64,000 nucleotides of DNA from contig CM022672.1 in assembly GCA_012295275.1 (NCBI GenBank), positions 25,358,001 through 25,422,000 on the forward strand, in the 5' to 3' direction. Positions 13,360 to 27,570 of this stretch are shown piece by piece. The notes beneath the pieces are model-generated. The model worked only from the letters and a program-made list of their open reading frames with translations, was not told the origin of the DNA and did not search any database. Positions within the stretch are counted from its first letter, which is position 1, and each line of letters begins with the position of its first letter. The position numbers and the translations under genes were made by a program. The DNA is from Chrysomallon squamiferum (taxonomy: Eukaryota; Animalia; Mollusca).

Positions 13360-14618
13360 CCACAAACGCATAACCACCAACACACAAGTAACACACAGAC
13401 CACATACTTATAAAACATATACACATACAAAGCACACGCCCAACATACACAACACTCACAGAAATAAAACACACAACGTACTTAAACAGATTTTTGAAAA
13501 TGCTGTGTTTACTTACGATACATTTCTCTGAATTTGTTCTTTTAGATAATCCGTATTTCGTTTTAAACTACAATTCACAATTTTCAGAAAACATTAAAAG
13601 AAAAACGTACACCTTAAATTATTTTAAAATATATATCATTATTATGTAAACCTTGTGCTAATGCTGTCTCTCTACTGCCTGAAATAGGATTTGAAAAGAA
13701 AGATAAAGAAAAAAAAAAAAGGAAAAAAAAAGACAGTTACCCGTTTGTCAGCGAGTTACATCCTGGTCATAAAATACACGCTGGGTTACATATTTGTAAA
13801 CACCGTCCCAGAAAGAATGTCGAAAATACCCACTATCAAAACTTGTTGTACCTGTTTCGTAATATTAACAATTATTTTGTATTCACCAAACCAGATTATT
13901 CACATACTACAGAAAATAAATGAAAAATTATAGCGTCATTTATTATTGCAGATACTCTTGTTTATTATCAAACATGGTTATCTTCTGCATAAAAATTATT
14001 AATTAATTTATTTATTTATTTTTATTATTAGACTGTCATTAATTATTTTTGTTGATAAATTGTAATAACAGATGTCCATGTTTTTAATGGTAAAGTTTAA
14101 TTTTACAATATTCTTCGTCAAAAGATCGATCTATAGCCGTGATAAAAATTGTTTTCCAAGAACCTGAAACCTTCTAACATTCATATTTACTACTTCAGTA
14201 TCTACAAATGCTATTCTGAGAATACTAAAGCGGAAAAATCTTTCTGGTTCATGTGCAGAGTGCAGGCTACCTAGCTAATTCTTCCCTCGCGTACGATCGA
14301 GGTAAACTGGCAGGCCTGAAATATTGAAGATAGGCTGTTCGGGCAAGTCTGTTAATTGATTTAACGTCAGATGATAATGAACATCAACAGACGTAGCTGA
14401 AATCTGCGGCAGAGCGTGATGGTAACAGTTTAGACATTGACCGGATCTCCAACGAAAAAATAAAAATAAAATAAAAATAGTAGTCAATATTCTACAGATG
14501 TGGGTTAATAGCCTGCACTGGCTAGATGGACCATAAAGTGTGTGGGGTTTTCATCAGAATGAAAAAAAGATAAACTTTATCGATAAATGCAGGCTCTTAT
14601 GAACTATTAATAAAAATG

Positions 14619-14652
<34 letters not shown>

Positions 14653-14909
14653 GAGAGGGAGAGAGAAACAAAAAGGCCAAAATAATCCATTTTCAGCAGT
14701 TTGAAAGTCAGAGAGATATTCTAACAAAAAAATAACGTCTCTGTCAATTTCCAGTTTTGTTAAATAATCCATTTTGAAAGGTATGTATATATATATATAT
14801 ATTACCATCTGACAGTCACTGATACAACCATTCTGTCACATGCATAAATCATTTAGACAGTTAACAATTAAACAAGTGTAAAATAACAATTGATTTACGT
14901 CTAACTTAC

Positions 14910-15005
14910 CTTCGTCCAGTCAACGACGAACGTTACTCTCGTCTGGGGAGCCGAGGAACTGCAGAGTGACTGCCCGTGGAAACAGAACTCATTATCATTT
15001 TCATG
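14910..15005 (-). other. Candidate non-coding 5' exon with short uORF
   Basis: GC-rich island ending in consensus AAG|gtaagt at 14910; uORF MKMIMSSVSTGSHSAVPRLPRRE*. Parent gene not determinable. Confidence 0.35.
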
Positions 15006-15453
15006 TTCACATACTGATATATCCTAATGCATTATTCAAAAGCGCACTGGTTAAAAAATGGAAACACGTTTTAACAAACAGCGTGAACGACGGTTCGCGG
15101 TTGTAAACGTGTTAAGAATTTGCTGACGTAGGAAGCAGATTAACACTATTGATTTAAGCCTGAAAGCATTTTGTTTTGTTTTCTTTTTTTAAAATTTGGT
15201 ATAAGGACTGTTTACCTGTATTTTCTTACTATCTTTCGAATCTGGATTCAATACAATGCAACATACTGCTTTATGCCTGCAAGCCTTTTTTTTTATTACA
15301 ATCATTTATTTATTTATTTTAAATTTGCATTTAGGGCTTTTTAACCTGTATTTTCACACTATCTGTAAAATCTAGGTTCAGTGTAATGAAATATATTAAC
15401 TTTATGGTGTATTTTATGACATATCAATGTATACATGTTATTCAATACAACTG

Positions 15454-15486
<33 letters not shown>

Positions 15487-16486
15487 CACCAATAAAAAAC
15501 CAAACAAACAAAAAATCTTTTTTTTTTTTTTTAATAATTTTTTTTATTGCGTTTTATGTTGGTATCAGAGACAAATTTAAATGTCTTATTTTCAAAAATG
15601 AATTCTCTGTTCAAGGTCAAATATAAAGATTGTTGACAAATATATTTTGAAATATCCATTCAGTAGTGTTTTCCCTCTGTAATTCCAAACCTAATAAATT
15701 ATGTATCATCATAAATAGAAATATAACTAGAAAAAAAAAAAAAAAAAAAATTAAAAATTTCATATTTATTTCAGCACTGACCAGATCTTCAAAAAAACCC
15801 CAACAAAACCCATTAATAATAAATAGAAACAGACAGCTAATAGAAATCTTATAAAGCTTCCTCTAATTTCTAAATTATATATTTTCAATATAGTTTTTAT
15901 TGGAATCTTTGTTTCAGTAATTTACATCATCTTCCATTTACTACCTTCTTAAAACATTAAAATCTGTATTTCATTATCATATGATAATCAATTTTTAACT
16001 CATTTATTTTGGAAACTTTCTATTTTTAACATTTATCAAGAGTCATTTTACCATGTACACCATTTTTTTAAAGTAACGTTCCTTAGTTAAGATGTTGAAA
16101 ATAATCAATTTAGTTGTTATGGATAATTAAATCTTCTTAACGATGTACCTTCCTTAAAATGTTATTGTAATTAGATTTTTAATCTTTGGATTTACAATAA
16201 TCATTAGCTCTATTAATGCTGATTCCAGCCATAACAGCTAATGACTTTGTTCTTGTGAAAACATTTTCAATAATTCAGACATTCAGCTGTTCCTGCTCTG
16301 TGTTTTTTAAATCATTTATTTTAAAACAGCTTTGCACCATTTTTTAAATAAAACTTCCCATTTTAATTGTGTTTTTTGCAATCTTAAGCAGCATGGGAAA
16401 AAACTGACTTTGTGACATAATTTGTTTGTTCTTTGCTGCATCCAATACCAGGTATTGTACATAGATAGGTAGTATACATATGTAAA

Positions 16487-16532
<46 letters not shown>

Positions 16533-16717
16533 TCATATAGACACACATGCACATATATTCACACATACACATTTCATTTACACACATGCATACATATATA
16601 CATACAAAGACATAAGTCCAACAATCCCATCAGACCATCCACCCATATGACATGACAAGACAGGTGTCTTATTGTTGTTAAAGTTCATACACAGATGTAT
16701 CTGTTATTGTGTTCTGG

Positions 16718-17113
16718 CTAGTCAGGAGTGAATCGTAAGTTCATGGGGGAGATTTTCCCCAGTGGGGTGTGTTCAGGTCCACGCGGCCGCTCCATCATGA
16801 TGGAGTCGTAGCTGTCGTCCAGTTTGCTCTCATCAAGCTGAGATCTCAGATTCTGAATCTGTTTTAACAAAGCCTTCGCATCTTCTCTAGTCTGAAAACA
16901 AAGACAGTTTTTATTAAGAGTTTTTTTATTTGCATGAAAAATCACTCACACATGTATTTGTAACCCTGAACATAAAATTGACTTTTGACCGAGCACTTAT
17001 TTTTTTCAGTTTTGGTATTTTGTTGAAAAAAGTAACCTAAATGACTTATCTAATAAAAACACCACCACCACCACCACCACCACCACCACCAACAACAACA
17101 ACAGCAGCAGCAT

Positions 17114-17171
<58 letters not shown>

Positions 17172-20100
17172 GTAAAAACAGTAATAATAATATTAATAAT
17201 TAATTTATAATGCACTGACAGGAATTGTATTAACATCAGGTATTTTGACAGTCACTTCAAAACAAGACAAACCATGCTATTTACATTTTGTTAAGTGTTC
17301 ACTACAGTAGAGGGAAAGTCAAATTTATGTCAAGCACATGGTTTTTATTTTTTAGTTAATAGGAAATCCTATACATATCACCCTATAAAAAATTAGTATT
17401 AATAATAAACAAATGATATAAAATTTCTTTTAAAAATCAAGAAGATATAAAATAAATAAAAAAGAAAAACAAGAATAAGAAAACAAAAGAAGAAAAAATA
17501 AAACAGAAAATATAACAAACCTCTGGAAACTCGTAGCACTTTTGCGCTGCAGTGTAAGCGTCATCTAGCATTCGTCTGCTGAGGTAGAAATGTGCCAGGT
17601 ACTTGTATGCTCGACTCTGCTCCTTGGCATTTTCACCCTGTAAAACAAATAACAAACTCAACTGTTAAAAAAACAAAAAGTGAAAACAAAAGAATAATCT
17701 TTACAAATAAAAGTAACGTATCTATAAAAAAACAAAAACACCTAAAAAAAACCCACAAACAAATGTAAAATAATTACACATAAGTTTTATACTTAAATTT
17801 TATATAAAAAGGAAAAATATTTTGCAGAAAAGTAATTACACATACTTATATGCTAATATATTAGTTAAACCCCCCCAAAACTACAATTTTCTTTATTATA
17901 TATATATATATATATATACTCATACACATATTTTATTTTGCCCTAATCAAAAACCCATAATTAAAATATACAATATAAACATTCACATGAGTATTTTATA
18001 TAATGTTTATTTATATGTATTTAAAGAAAAGCAGTTTTTCCTTCATTAATTTTGGTAAATTTAAATATATAAACCTGTCTAACCTGACAAACATACAAAA
18101 TATAAAAATACCCCTTATGAATATTTTAAATCATGTACCTTTACCTATAAACATAAAAATGTTTTCCAGTGGTTAATTTCATCTTAATATAAAAATTCTG
18201 ACTTGCATATGTGAATTTTTAAAAAACATACCTAAAAGTAGTTTTGTAAATTAACATACAATTTAATACTTACTCCTACTCTGTGTAAATAGATCATTTA
18301 AATAAATTAAAAAAAAACCTAATATCTAACATACAAATATATTAAAACCTATAGATCGATTACAAAAAAATATTTATAAATTAAGTTTAATGTTCTACCC
18401 ATTTCTCCCACTATTTATGTATAAAAATCATGTAACTATTAAAAAACACATCTAACATCTGATTAAACATTACATTAAAACCTGCTGTCACATATTATAA
18501 AGATATAATTATATAATAAGTTTAAAACTTACTTGGTGTCTTTCCATCTCATTCATTAATTTATGTATATAAATCATCAAAATATTTAAAAAAGCCCACT
18601 CCTAACATACAAATATGGTGTAGTTACAGTTATAAAGTAATGTTTATAAAATTACTTTAAAACTTGTACCAACTATATCCATTTCTATGATTATTTTAAA
18701 CATCAAAAATACATTTAACATCTAGTTACACAAATATATTAAAATCTGCAGAAATAAAGACTGTGAAGAAATGTTTAAAACACAAATTTAAAACTCATTT
18801 CTACTCTGTCCATTTCTTTGATTGATTTATATAAATAAAAAAATAAATTCAACATCTAGTTATATTAAAACCAGTACATAAAGATTATAAAGAAATGTTT
18901 ATTAAGTAAATTTAAATCTTACTCCTTGTCTTTCCATCTCACTGATGTAGTCTGTGTATGCATAGGCTGCCTGCTCATCTTCTTGTAGCTTTTCATACAG
19001 TCTAAAATAAACATCACACAGTTACTGTAAACTTCATTTAGTTCAAACCATGTGAGTCTGAACTACCCAGAATATATTCATATCAAGCTGACTGGACATG
19101 TGGGTATAATAGAAAAAAAATAAAAAAAAAATAATATATATACATAACCACAGACTCTCCCCCACACCCAAATAAATAAATAAATGATATATGATATGAT
19201 ATGTTATGATATAATATAATAAATAAAATAAATTTAAAAAATAAAAAGAATATATAAAATAGAATATAATAAAATTAATTTTAAAAATAAAGTAAAGAAA
19301 AGAAAGGAGAAGTGAAGTGAAGTAAATAAATAAATAAATAAATAAATAAAAAATAATCTGGCGTAACAATGTAATCCAATGTAAAAAAGTAGCAAGTTAA
19401 AACTTGAGGAACAAACACTATTATAATTTTTTTCTTCAGTCATACTAGATTTTTCCCTAAGTCTTTGTGGAATAAAAGATTATTTAAAAGGATTTCAAAA
19501 CAGTTTGATTCATATAAATTTCCATCACATGATAAGAATTTTTCTGTCATAAGAAAAAAAAAAAAAAAAAAATAATGGGAATAAACACTTTGTAAATTGT
19601 TTTTATTTTTCTGAACTTAAAAATAAATTATATTTGAACAACCATAAAGATGGGAACAAACAAAAACTGGAACAAACTGATGGGAACAAACACTGGAACA
19701 AATATATGGAACAAACACTGGAACAAATATATGGGAGCAAATACTGGAGCAAACAAAATAATACATATACTGAAATAGATAAATAGGAACAAATGCTGGA
19801 CAAAGTGAAGATAAAAAAAATACAACAAAATTTCCCCAAGAAACCCACCAATCAGAGATAATAATAAAAAACCCACATCAAACTGTGTAAAGATAAAGTT
19901 AATAAACTTACTTAGCCAGTTTGATTAGCGCCATTCCTTCAACATCACCTATAGAGTGTGCCTTCCAGAAACACTTCTTTGCTTCCTGAAGTCTTTCCAG
20001 ATTTTCATAGCAATCACCCAGAGCAACAAGCATTCTAGAGTCATTTGGCCTGAAAGGAATCAACTGATGTATACATATTACAGTATATATATATATATAC

Positions 20101-21470
20101 ACACACACACATGACACACACAGGGGTGTTTTCACTATGCTACAAGGGGTGTTTTCAAATGCTATGTTGTCTAAAGTATGTCTTTAATTATTCTTTATTA
20201 TTCCAGTGACAATTCTGTTTAAAAAATGTGGTTGTAATAAAAGCTAATCAATCTGTCGGTTAGTACCTACCCATTCTTTTTATCTGCAAGAAACTGTGTG
20301 TGAGTTGTTTGTTTTGCTATTAAAGTAATACATGAGATTAAAAATATCCTATTTCTGATGCCAAAATGTATTACTGCATATGTGTTTAAATCCAATATAA
20401 AATAATATTTTGTGAAGAATTTTCTATTACCTCAGTTGTTGAGCCTGTCTGAAGTAGTAAAGAGAATATGAAGGCATTTTCAAAATTTCGTATGTTTGAC
20501 CAAGTCCATACCATGCACGATAGTCACGTTTATTCACCTCTACAAATAAAAATAATAGTAATAAAAATTAAACCAAAAGAACCACCTCTACAAAAATACA
20601 AATAATAATAATAAAAACATAAATTACCTCTGTAAAAATATAAATAATAGTAATAAAAAAATGCCTCTACAAATATAAATAATAATAATTAAAAAAGAAA
20701 AAGAAAATAATAATAAAAAGAAAAATCACTTTGACAAAAAAAAAAAAAATAATATCAATAATAAAGAAATAAGAAAATCACAAATACAATTAAAAACAAA
20801 ATACACAACCAAATAATTTTTCCCTTCATATTTCTATAGAATTACTTAAAAAAGGTTTTATTGTAAAATTAATGGAAATCAATCTAATAAAATGATGACA
20901 TTTAAAACTAAATATAAAGGATAAAAACAATAAAATGGCTTTGTTATTTTGTATTTTTCTCGTTAATTTTCAACTGCTGAAAATAAAACATTATTTTTTA
21001 ATCATTAATGTTTTTTTTTTAACCAAAGGGAGATAAGAAGCAAAGTCTAAATACACATTGTACAAATTAATTTTATCTATTACTGTTAAAGATAAAATTA
21101 AAATCATTAGTTGAAAAATAAGTCATAAGATTAAAATTATGATGTTTTATAATTCACAATGACTCACACTCAGTTTCAAATTTTATTATTTAAGTCTACA
21201 GTTTTATCTATGCAATTACATCAATGCCTTGGATAATTCTCAGTTAGTCTTTATTATTTAATTTATCTCTGGCCATGTGAAATAATAGCCTATATTACAA
21301 ACCTATTGCCTGTCTGTATGCCTGGATTGCAGCAGAGATATTTTTCATTTCCATGAACTCGTGACCTATGAGAGTTCTAGCAGACAGGTAGTGGGGATTG
21401 AGTTTTAGTGCTCTCTGGAAATACAGAATTGCTTTCTCATGCTGTGAGCGTAGTGAGTAGTAATTACCTG

Positions 21471-21514
<44 letters not shown>

Positions 21515-24500
21515 TAATAATAACAACAATAATAATAATAACAATACAATGATAATAATAAGAACAAATAATAAAAATCATAACAACAATAATAAAAAAA
21601 ATATAACAACAATAATAGAAATAAAAAATAATCATAGAAATAATAACAATAATAAAATAATAATAATGATAAAGATAATATGAAATAACAGAAATAATAG
21701 CAATAATAATAAAATAAAACAAAGACAAAAATTAAAATATTTAAATAAGGAACACATCCAAAATTTAATATTTTCAAAATGACAGCAAAGTATCAGTATC
21801 ATTTAAATTTAAAATAAATACAAACAAATATACTTTTGGTAAAAAAAAATATGATCTTTGAGCAATTCTTAAACATTTTTATCCTTTACAATGTGCTTTG
21901 TATTAAAGATTTATGGTTCCAAAATAGTGAAAATACAATGAAGGTATGCTGAGCACAAGACAATCTGCATTATTCTGACAAAAATGAAAACTCAATTCGG
22001 ACACACAACCCAATGTATTTGTCTGTCTAAACTAACTGTATAAAACAAACAGTTCACTGTACAACTCACCTATAACACAAGTCTCCACTGTATTTGTCTA
22101 TGTCTAAACTAACTGTATAAACTGTCACATAAAACAAACAGTTCACTGTACAACTCACCTATAACACAACAAGTCTCTGTATTTGTCTATGTCTAAACTA
22201 ACTGTCACATAAAACAAACAGTTCACTGTACAACTCACCTATAACACAACAAGTCTCCATTCTGTATTTGTCTATATCTAAACTAACTGTCACATAAAAC
22301 AAACAGTTCACTGTACAACTCACCTATAACACAAGTCTCCACTGTATTTGTCTATGTCTAAACTAACTGTATAAACTGTCCCATAAAACAAACAGTTCAC
22401 TGTACAACTCACCTATAACACAACAAGTCTCTGTATTTGTCTATGTCTAAACTAATTGCAGAAAACACAGTTCACTGTACAACTCACCTATAACACAACA
22501 CGTCTCCATTCTGTATTTGTCTATATCTAAACTAACTGTCACATAAAACAAACAGTTCACTGTACAACTCACCTATAACACAACAAGTCTCCACTCTGTA
22601 TTTGTCTATATCACAGCACTGATGAGCCAACCGTGCCAGATCAGCTCGCATTTCCTATTTGTTAAAGAAGAACGTTATATTAACAAGATCAAGAGAATTT
22701 TTTTTATGAAAAATACAAAACACATATACAAAAAAAATAAAATCATTATTTTGATAATTGACTTATTCCTGTTAAACATTAAAAACATTATGCATAAGAC
22801 CAGTAGGAAAAACATGAAACTGTTTCCAAATAATCCAATACAACTAGTGTTTACTAGAGTTTTTATAGACAACACTTTATCAACACAGACATAGTATTTT
22901 GGCTTTTAGAGACTATCAGTGCTGAAACATAGAGTGATATGATTAACAAAGTAGTTAATTTTTTATCCCTTAATGTGGCCTTAAATAAACTTTTACAAGT
23001 AATATAAAAACCCATTTTCACTTAAAAATCTGCACATTTCTGATTAAATTAAATTGAACTATACCTTAACATACAGCAGATTGGAGTAAATATCCATATT
23101 TTCAACTCTGTAAGGATCCATCTTCTGTAGCTCTGAAAATGCTGTAACTGCTTGGTCCACCTCTGTGAAAATATTTACACATATAAAATATTACTGAATG
23201 TTTAACTGTATCTTTACAACAGTCTGTTTGTGTGTGAGTGGCTCTTAAACATCCTGCTGTTTGTGTGATGATATTTGAAATGAAAAAGAAATAGAATTTA
23301 GAAGTTTTCCTTGTAACCTTTTTGTTAGTGCAGAATGACAGGAACATTACTACAGCTTTTTAAACTGATTTCTCATCAATTTTGATTTTTAAAAACATTA
23401 AAATTTGTATTAACCCTGTGAACTGGAATCTGTTACTACAGATGTATCATATTAAGTAAAAAGGTATGATAATAAAAAAATAGAACTGGATTTTTTGTCA
23501 CTGTTTCATAAGGGAGATATTTTGTATTTTGTCACCTTGAATGTAAACAAATAAAAGAAAAGATGTCTGACATTATGAAATAAGACCCATAAACACAGGA
23601 AGAGAGAAATAAAACACACACACAGTTACCACACCTATGCATGCACACATCCACAAACACAGCCCAAACCCAAATGCTAATACTCTACTCTCTTCCCACA
23701 TGCTTACCTCTCATATTATGATAGCACACTGCAATCTGGGACACAACATAATTGCACTTGGAGAATCCTGAATCAAGGAAAGTTTGGTAGATTTTCAAAG
23801 CCTCTTCATTAAGCTGTAACTCCAGATAGACGTAGGCTAGAAACAGCTGCTTGGCCCAGTGATCTGGAAGCTGTAGAGACTGTAACTGAAAACATAACAA
23901 AAATAAAAAATAATTTCTATAAATGTAACTGAAGATTCAACAAAGACTGATGTAATACGATAAAAATGTTAAATAATTTTAACTGAAAATTCAACCAAAA
24001 TTTAAACAATATGTTAAAAATAAAAAATAATTTAAATAACTATAACTGAAAATGTAGTAAAGATCTAATACCATCTATTTTTTTTGGGCAAATTCAGTCA
24101 AATTATCTCTACTTATTTTTTGACACTATTAAAATTAAGCCATTGTCACTAAAACAAAACATTCTCTAGATTTAAAAAAAAAATTTTGCTGGTATAACTG
24201 CAAACAATTTGTCAAATTACTGAGTTATGATATTACTGTTTCTCTGTCTGTAACAAGGAGAGCCAACTCTTGCCAGGAACCCCGATGCAGTGGTTCTCTG
24301 TTCACTGCTTCGACAAACACTTCAGTGGCATCTTTTATTAAATCTAATTTTCTGAGAATAACACCATATCTAAAAGAAAAATATTTGTTATGTCAAAAAT
24401 AATTTCATAAGAAGCCCTTCCTCTCGTCTGTTAATATTGAACAATGCTAGGTTTAACATTTCAAAATAAATTTATTAAATGAGATTTTTTGTTGTAATCT

Positions 24501-26424
24501 TCTCTTTTTAATGTTTATACAATGGTTTAATCTATAATTTCATAGATTCTGCCCCAACCCCTACAAAAAAAAAATCCCATAATTTTTTCAATAATTATTG
24601 TTTAAAAGGAAAATAAATAATAATAAATATAAAAAGGGAGGCTACTCTAACGTGTATACCAATAAAAAGATAACTTACAGATAAAGACCAAATCCATCCA
24701 GTTCATTGTTAACCTTTTTTCTGCTCAATTCATTTCTCAGAATCTTCAGATTTTCATTATCCTGCAAATCGGCTGACACTAAAATTGTGGTAACAGACAA
24801 AAACAATTAACATTCTTTTTTAAATAAATATAAAAATAAAATAAATAAATAAACACACAAGATAATAATTAGAAGAAGAAGGAGGAGGAAAGTAAACACA
24901 ATAATTTAAAAACAAATACAATAAAATATTAAAAATGTCAAATAAATAAATACCATAATTTCTGTTAACAATTTATTGTAAATGCTTTAAATTCATATTA
25001 CAGGAAAACATTCAAATTAAAAATAAGAAACATATCGAAAACATCCAAATAGTTTTGTTAATGATTTCAATTAAATCATATTTGCTTTTAATAAAAAAAA
25101 TGAAAAAAAATATCATCATCAAATATCCAGCACTAGTAAGTCACTAAGTAGACAAAAACACTAATTAAAAAAGGCCACAACTGTTTCTAGATTTAAAAAA
25201 ATAATAAAATAATACTAAAAAAAAAAAAAAAAAAATATTATCATCTTTTGTTTTCATATATGTACATAACAGTTAACATAAAATATATAAAGAACACAAT
25301 AAAACTGATTTATAAATGATATTATTGAAAAGTGCACACATTTTACTTTCTTTCTAGTATTATGCTAGGAAATTAATAATTTGAATCACTGTATTACCAA
25401 CAGAATCAGATGCATTGTCCAGCCTGCACTTCTCATCTGCGAGGTATCTCGAGTAGATGTGAATGAAGTAAGCTTTCTGACTTGTGCAGCCCTCCACCAC
25501 ATTGGCTGCTCTGCTGTATTCCTTGAGATCAAAGTACGAAGTGGCAAGACTGTACTTGTCAAACTCTGACCAGAAATCCTGAAACATTAAATGCAGACAA
25601 ATAAATATATGCACATACATCATACCCATACATATATATAAAAGCATGTCTCCTCTCCTTCACACAAATAAAAATTATATACAAAAATGTTTATGTTTCA
25701 TAAACATAAATAGTACTTGTATAGAAAATAAAATGTGCTTCAAATTACATGTATATCTATACAAACACATACCTGATTTTCTGAGACCTGTAACAATGAT
25801 GGAACATCTACGTGGACATCAAGACATGAAAACATTTCACTAGCCCTGAAACATATTTCAAACAGAATGAGACCGTTTGGTACATTAATAATTATTCTGA
25901 TGAAATAATAACATATACCAAATAACAAATATACAGACACTAACATAATTACTTACTGTTATAATTATTATAAATTATAATAATTATATTAACTGCCATC
26001 AATGAACGATTAAACTGATTTGCATTCAGCATTGTGTCATCTATCGTATTGAATTTGAATGGCAAACGGATATCATACACTGTTGAATGTTTATGGGCAA
26101 ATAGAAGATTGCCGTTCTTTTAAATAATAAAGTTATATCAATCATCACAAATATACTTTATTCAATTTACTATTCAGAGTAGTGGCAAATTTTCATTCTA
26201 AATCGAAATAAAGACACGTTCGGAAATACATTTAAGCACCTAATAAAGTTAAAATAATTAATTGTGCGCTATAACATTACTCTGTCAGTCCTGTATTTTG
26301 AAAAACAACTAATACACTTTTACCATTTTGCTCCTTGTAATAATCTGCGTTGAGTACATTCTTTATAAACACGAATCAAATCTGTTTTCATTCGAGTAAG
26401 ATCAAACATTTTGAAGTCCGCCAT
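16718..26424 (-). CDS. CDC23: Cell division cycle protein 23 homolog (APC/C subunit 8), 14 exons, 575 aa
   Basis: Exons 26324-26424, 25773-25845, 25398-25578, 24679-24778, 24237-24369, 23708-23885, 23065-23162, 22573-22654, 21303-21467, 20431-20539, 19912-20049, 18923-19001, 17521-17637, 16718-16891; all GT-AG, phases consistent, 1728 nt. Diagnostic motifs [100 protein letters not shown]. Confidence 0.97.
18260..18945. repeat. Old, diverged ~130-bp tandem array in CDC23 intron 12 that includes the exon-12 3' end and donor
   Basis: Recurring ctaacat..aaatatattaaaacc...aaatgttt...tttaaaacttac block at ~130-bp spacing (~18270, 18390, 18530, 18660, 18790, 18920). The 18530 copy keeps ATGAGATGGAAAGACACCAA|gtaagt versus the exon GTGAGATGGAAAGACAAGGA|gtaaga. 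Confidence 0.65.
19655..19802. repeat. Short-unit (12-15 bp) minisatellite (tggaacaaacac / tggaacaaatata)
   Basis: About 10 variable copies in CDC23 intron 11. Confidence 0.8.
20535..20690. repeat. Four ~40-48-bp copies of the CDC23 exon-10 acceptor junction
   Basis: cctct(a/g)..aaa..taaataatagtaataaaaa at 20535 (true junction), 20583, 20626, 20664; sense strand reads ttt..tag/cag|AGG. Confidence 0.75.
22014..22611. repeat. Young ~75-89-bp tandem array in CDC23 intron 8 built from the exon-8 3' end plus donor
   Basis: Seven copies of TTATAG|GTGAGTTGTACAGTGAACTG; donors at 22070, 22159, 22239, 22324, 22413, 22488 and the true one at 22573. Higher-order ABC-ABC' structure with 254-bp period. 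Confidence 0.95.
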
Positions 26425-26944
26425 TTTCGGTCGATTTACTTTCCTCCATGAAACTACATTATAGGCGAGATGGTATTATTTCGTTATTAATATTGTTACT
26501 TTTTAGTTATAAAATGTATATAATAGTAAAGCAGGTAAAAAGATTTTATCTGACCAAACAATATATCGTAAAATATTATCTGTGACATATTAATGTAATA
26601 TAAAAGAAAATGCTGCGATCAGACCACTATCTCGTGACGAAATATTTTATGGAATGCATGTTTTTAAAATTATTTTTCGATATTCAAATTTTTTTGAAAG
26701 AATTTGAGAACAAAACTGAGTTTCAAACATGTAGTCAAAACAATGCAGCAGCATGTAAGTGTATATTCTATCTATTTATATATAGACTTGATAAATGCAT
26801 AACAGCGTTGCTTACTGTAGAAAAGAACAATGCACTTATTTTCAGTATTGTTCCTTTTATTTATTTATATATTTCTTTCTGAAAGTGTGTATGTTTATAA
26901 ATAATTCAAGTGTAATTGCGCTGCTGTGTATGCTTGAGTATGTG

Positions 26945-27002
<58 letters not shown>

Positions 27003-27570
27003 TACTTTAGCTTTACATGCAAATTTATTATTCTCACAGCTGTATTTAATTAAACTGTAAGTATAAACGAAAAATAATGTCGCATTCATATCTAACAGAT
27101 TAACTTTTATGTATAACTCTGGAATGGTAAGGATGCTTTGTACTCTATATATCATTGTATATACGTGAATAAGTGTGTGTGGGGGGGGGGGAATCACTTT
27201 AACCACTGACTGGTGTTGGGCGTATTGGAACTTCTGGGTTAAGAGGTATCTATCTCAGAAGGATTGATGTGCCCAATACAAAGACAAGTACCACTTTTCT
27301 TTCGGCTGAATTTGGGAAGTCCTTTGCGATTGTTGGTTCCCGAGGATTTCGGATAAGATGAAACTCACTTATGTATTATTGCTACCATATCATGTCAGAG
27401 TCATGATATTTTTATCAATATCATCATCTATATCATTGTCGTCGTCATCCTTGTTACTGCTGTGTCAAGTGTCGTTAATTGTTGTTGTTCTTCTTCGTCG
27501 CCTTCTTCTAGTCTTATTATTATTTAGAGTAGATTTAAATAAACATTTCTTTGGAAATATCATTAGAAAA

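Noticed and set aside
14259-14525. 11-bp inverted repeat AGTGCAGGCTA...TAGCCTGCACT
   Set aside because: Short, no target-site duplication, and insufficient to call an element.
22014-22611. CRISPR-like repeat/spacer appearance (also 42231-42842)
   Set aside because: No unique spacers, eukaryotic intron context, no cas genes; the units are ordinary tandem copies.
27200-27360. GC-richer segment as possible snRNA, tRNA or SINE
   Set aside because: No cloverleaf, A/B boxes or snRNA motif recognised; needs an Rfam/Dfam search.
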